In this document: piece after piece, positions 62,201-64,000 of the stretch
How positions within the stretch are numbered: the first letter of the stretch is position 1
How the letters are laid out: each line of letters begins with the position of its first letter
From: Bugula neritina
Lineage: Eukaryota > Animalia > Bryozoa
Reading direction: 5' to 3'
Assembly: GCA_964035545.1 (NCBI GenBank)
Contig: OZ037769.1
Span: 12,492,633-12,556,632 of the forward strand
DNA: 64,000 bases
The notes under the pieces: model-generated
The model's input: the letters and a program-made list of their open reading frames with translations, nothing else
What the model was told of the DNA's origin: nothing
The model's database searches: none
Translations under genes and position numbers: made by a program

Positions 62201-63847
62201 GGGGTTTAAGCCTTATGGAAGTTTATGAGAAATGGATCCGTGAGCTATGGAGGTAGCATTGTGTTTCACCAATAGTCCAGATCATAAATAACGCGGGTTT
62301 TGTGGAGATAAACTCAGTGTAGTGTTGGTTTCAACTGAGAATCTGGATTTAAATTTGGTAACCCATCAGTTTCACGAATTGAGTAGACTCTGTAGTTGGC
62401 TGTAGATTCTGTTGTATCTGTGTTTATACGGAACTGTGATTAGCTGGCATAACTGGCCACCAGACATGATAGAGGTGGGTGGCCTCATCAGTGTTCATAT
62501 CAAAACTCTGGCAGCCAGTATGCTGCCCTGCTGCCGTTACTCTCACTCCTTACACAAACATATCATGATATGTTTCCTATCTACAGATATAAACAACTAC
62601 CTCTCCCTCTTTCAAACCTAATACAAGTTGCAGGGGGTAGACCTCTAGCCCCATATGTCAGTAGTTTCAACCTGGGAACTAAGGCCATTGCCCTGGCGTC
62701 ATTGTTTGAATCATCTCTGAAGCCGGGATGTTCATACTAATCCAATTAGATGCCGCTGTGTGGCATCACCCTAACTGTTAGATTCAATAAACATGCTATT
62801 ATATTTTATTCCTGACAAGTGGGCCAATATTCATGATAGTCAGTAAATTGACAAGCTGTAATTTAATAGACCTTATGGCTAATTGTATATAATATTGCCA
62901 AAGGCACTTGCAATATGTTGGGTGTTTGGTGAATAGCAAATCACAAACACTGCATAGTGGAAACTCACAATGAAATTATAGCTTCAATTTGTGTTCTTTG
63001 TTACTCATTTAGCCATCGCAGGTCATCAGTCCTCTGGCATTAGGATTTCTCTGATCTGAAAAGTGCATGTGATTACATCATCATTTATATTTGAGCATCC
63101 AGTGGCCCATGCGGACGAAGGCTGACCATTTTCTTTCTCCATACAAATAAACTATTACTGTATTGCTATTCAAGTTGCCATCAGTATAAACTGGCAATAC
63201 ATGTACCAGCAGTTCCAGCATAGTGACTGTTTCCTGGTAGTGTAGAGCATAGGGGCTTCTCACGCTACACTGATGTGCAAGTTGACTCTATTTAAGGGTT
63301 TAAATACCACTATTGGCATGATGGTTTCAGCATTATGAAATAGCTGGTCACTAAACACTGTTTTTACATTATTTTGAATTTACTGAGTATGAGGAAATAT
63401 GTTGAATGAATATCTTGGGTGGCTATGTGATAATGCTTTTTATTTTGGAGTAAGGGGTCCTCGATATTCTTGTTGCTGCAGTCTATTGTCTTTTATCTTT
63501 ACAACGCTCTTACTGCTACTACTACTCCATTACCACAAAGTACCACCACTCTTTCTGTCACTTCTGCAGCCACTACCACCACTATAGCAGCTACTCCCAC
63601 AGCTCTCCGAAGTTGCTGAAATTTTGAAAGCCTGATTTTTTATGTCTTTTCAAAAAACTGTGATTTCAACAGCAAAGTTTAAACTCTATGAGTGAGTAGC
63701 TGCTTTTCTCCGTAGGTCACCAATAGCTGAGACCATTTGGTATTGTTTCCATTCAGCAAAATATACATGTCTGCTTTGGTTTTAGTTGGAGCTGGGCGAG
63801 GTGGTAGAGGAAGGAGGGGAAGAGGTGCCTGGAGAGGTAGGTATTAG
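53274..63847 (+). CDS. API5: Apoptosis inhibitor 5 (AAC-11), ~524 aa
   Basis: Exons 53274-53342, 53584-53745, 54153-54318, 54734-54885, 55637-55777, 57342-57407, 57784-57978, 59459-59655, 60069-60162, 60772-61042, 63786-63847 (1575 nt). Motifs KEKRLASQLI.RFFKYFP, QLDLCEDED, IRKQAIKDLP, LQFSYVECLL, RLQYFARG, PPSYK...LSWK, Y.PP.GKFS, RG-rich tail. Confidence 0.97.
54932..55337. mobile_element. Foldback/MITE element with ~150-bp inverted arms in API5 intron 4
   Basis: TTACTTAATTTAGT...TTAGCTATTTTTCACAATTTAG...GCCCAAAACTAACAAAATATTAATA mirrors TATTAATATTTTGTTAGTTTTGGGC...CTAAATTGTGAAAAATAGCTAA...ACTAAATTAAGTAA. Confidence 0.85.
55996..57206. repeat. 21-bp minisatellite (ATATTACTAGTTATTAGCACT) x ~57 in API5 intron 5
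   Basis: Direct tandem array with four unit variants (ending AGCACT, ACCAGT, AGCTCT or AGCTTT). Confidence 0.97.
57479..57687. mobile_element. MITE family B, copy 2
   Basis: TA|CAGTGCTCCCTCTATATCTCA ... TGAGATATGGAGGGAGCACTA|TA. Confidence 0.85.
58070..58500. repeat. Degenerate 16-bp minisatellite (TATTACTATATTCTTA) in API5 intron 7
   Basis: Directly visible degenerate tandem array. Confidence 0.9.
59825..60020. mobile_element. MITE family B, copy 3
   Basis: GTGCTCCCTCCGTATCTCAC ... GTGAGATACAGAGGAAGCACTG|TA; the interior is homologous to the other copies. Confidence 0.8.
61052..61477. repeat. ~17-25-bp minisatellite (CTCTCAGGTATATCATACT) x ~21 directly after the API5 exon 10 donor
   Basis: Directly visible; unit length varies with the number of CT steps. 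Confidence 0.95.
62109..62261. mobile_element. MITE family B, copy 4 (internally deleted)
   Basis: TA|CAGTGTTCTCTCTATATCTCAC ... GTGAGCTATGGAGGTAGCATTG. Confidence 0.75.
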
Positions 63848-64000
63848 TGGCTAAACCAGTGGCTCTAGGAATCATGGTCAACACACACCATTTTAGTAGT
63901 CCACAGCTCTGCATCTTAATGGTATGTACATATGTTAGCTATAGTTTAATCTGCATTTAACGAGCCTTCCCAGACCACCCCTTCTTTAGCAAGGTAAGTA

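Overview
AT-rich, intron-containing animal (invertebrate, probably lophotrochozoan; inference only) genomic DNA. I hand-spliced nine protein-coding genes using GT-AG sites and frame continuity. In order: (1) a divergent Rab27/Rab3-effector-like (MyRIP/melanophilin/Slp-type) gene on the minus strand, running off the left edge; (2) a secreted, probably GPI-anchored mucin-like orphan; (3) DcpS; (4) a SETMAR-type pre-SET/SET methyltransferase with no mariner fusion; (5) a TRH-receptor-type GPCR; (6) an intronless 400-aa orphan that looks like two tandem scramblase/tubby-fold domains; (7) an intact CARD-caspase gene that has lost both catalytic residues (pseudo-caspase); (8) RBMS/alan shepard; (9) API5. 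Most genes sit in head-to-head pairs. The non-coding DNA holds a tRNA-derived SINE family (one copy has an 18-bp TSD), several MITE/foldback families, a decayed hAT element and minisatellites. The strongest candidates for something new are the catalytically dead CARD-caspase, its divergently transcribed double-scramblase-like neighbour, an AG|GT splice-junction-like minisatellite directly behind API5 exon 10, and 3-/6-periodic AGT/ACT tracts that recur near gene 5' ends. All homology calls come from motif recognition; no database searches were run.
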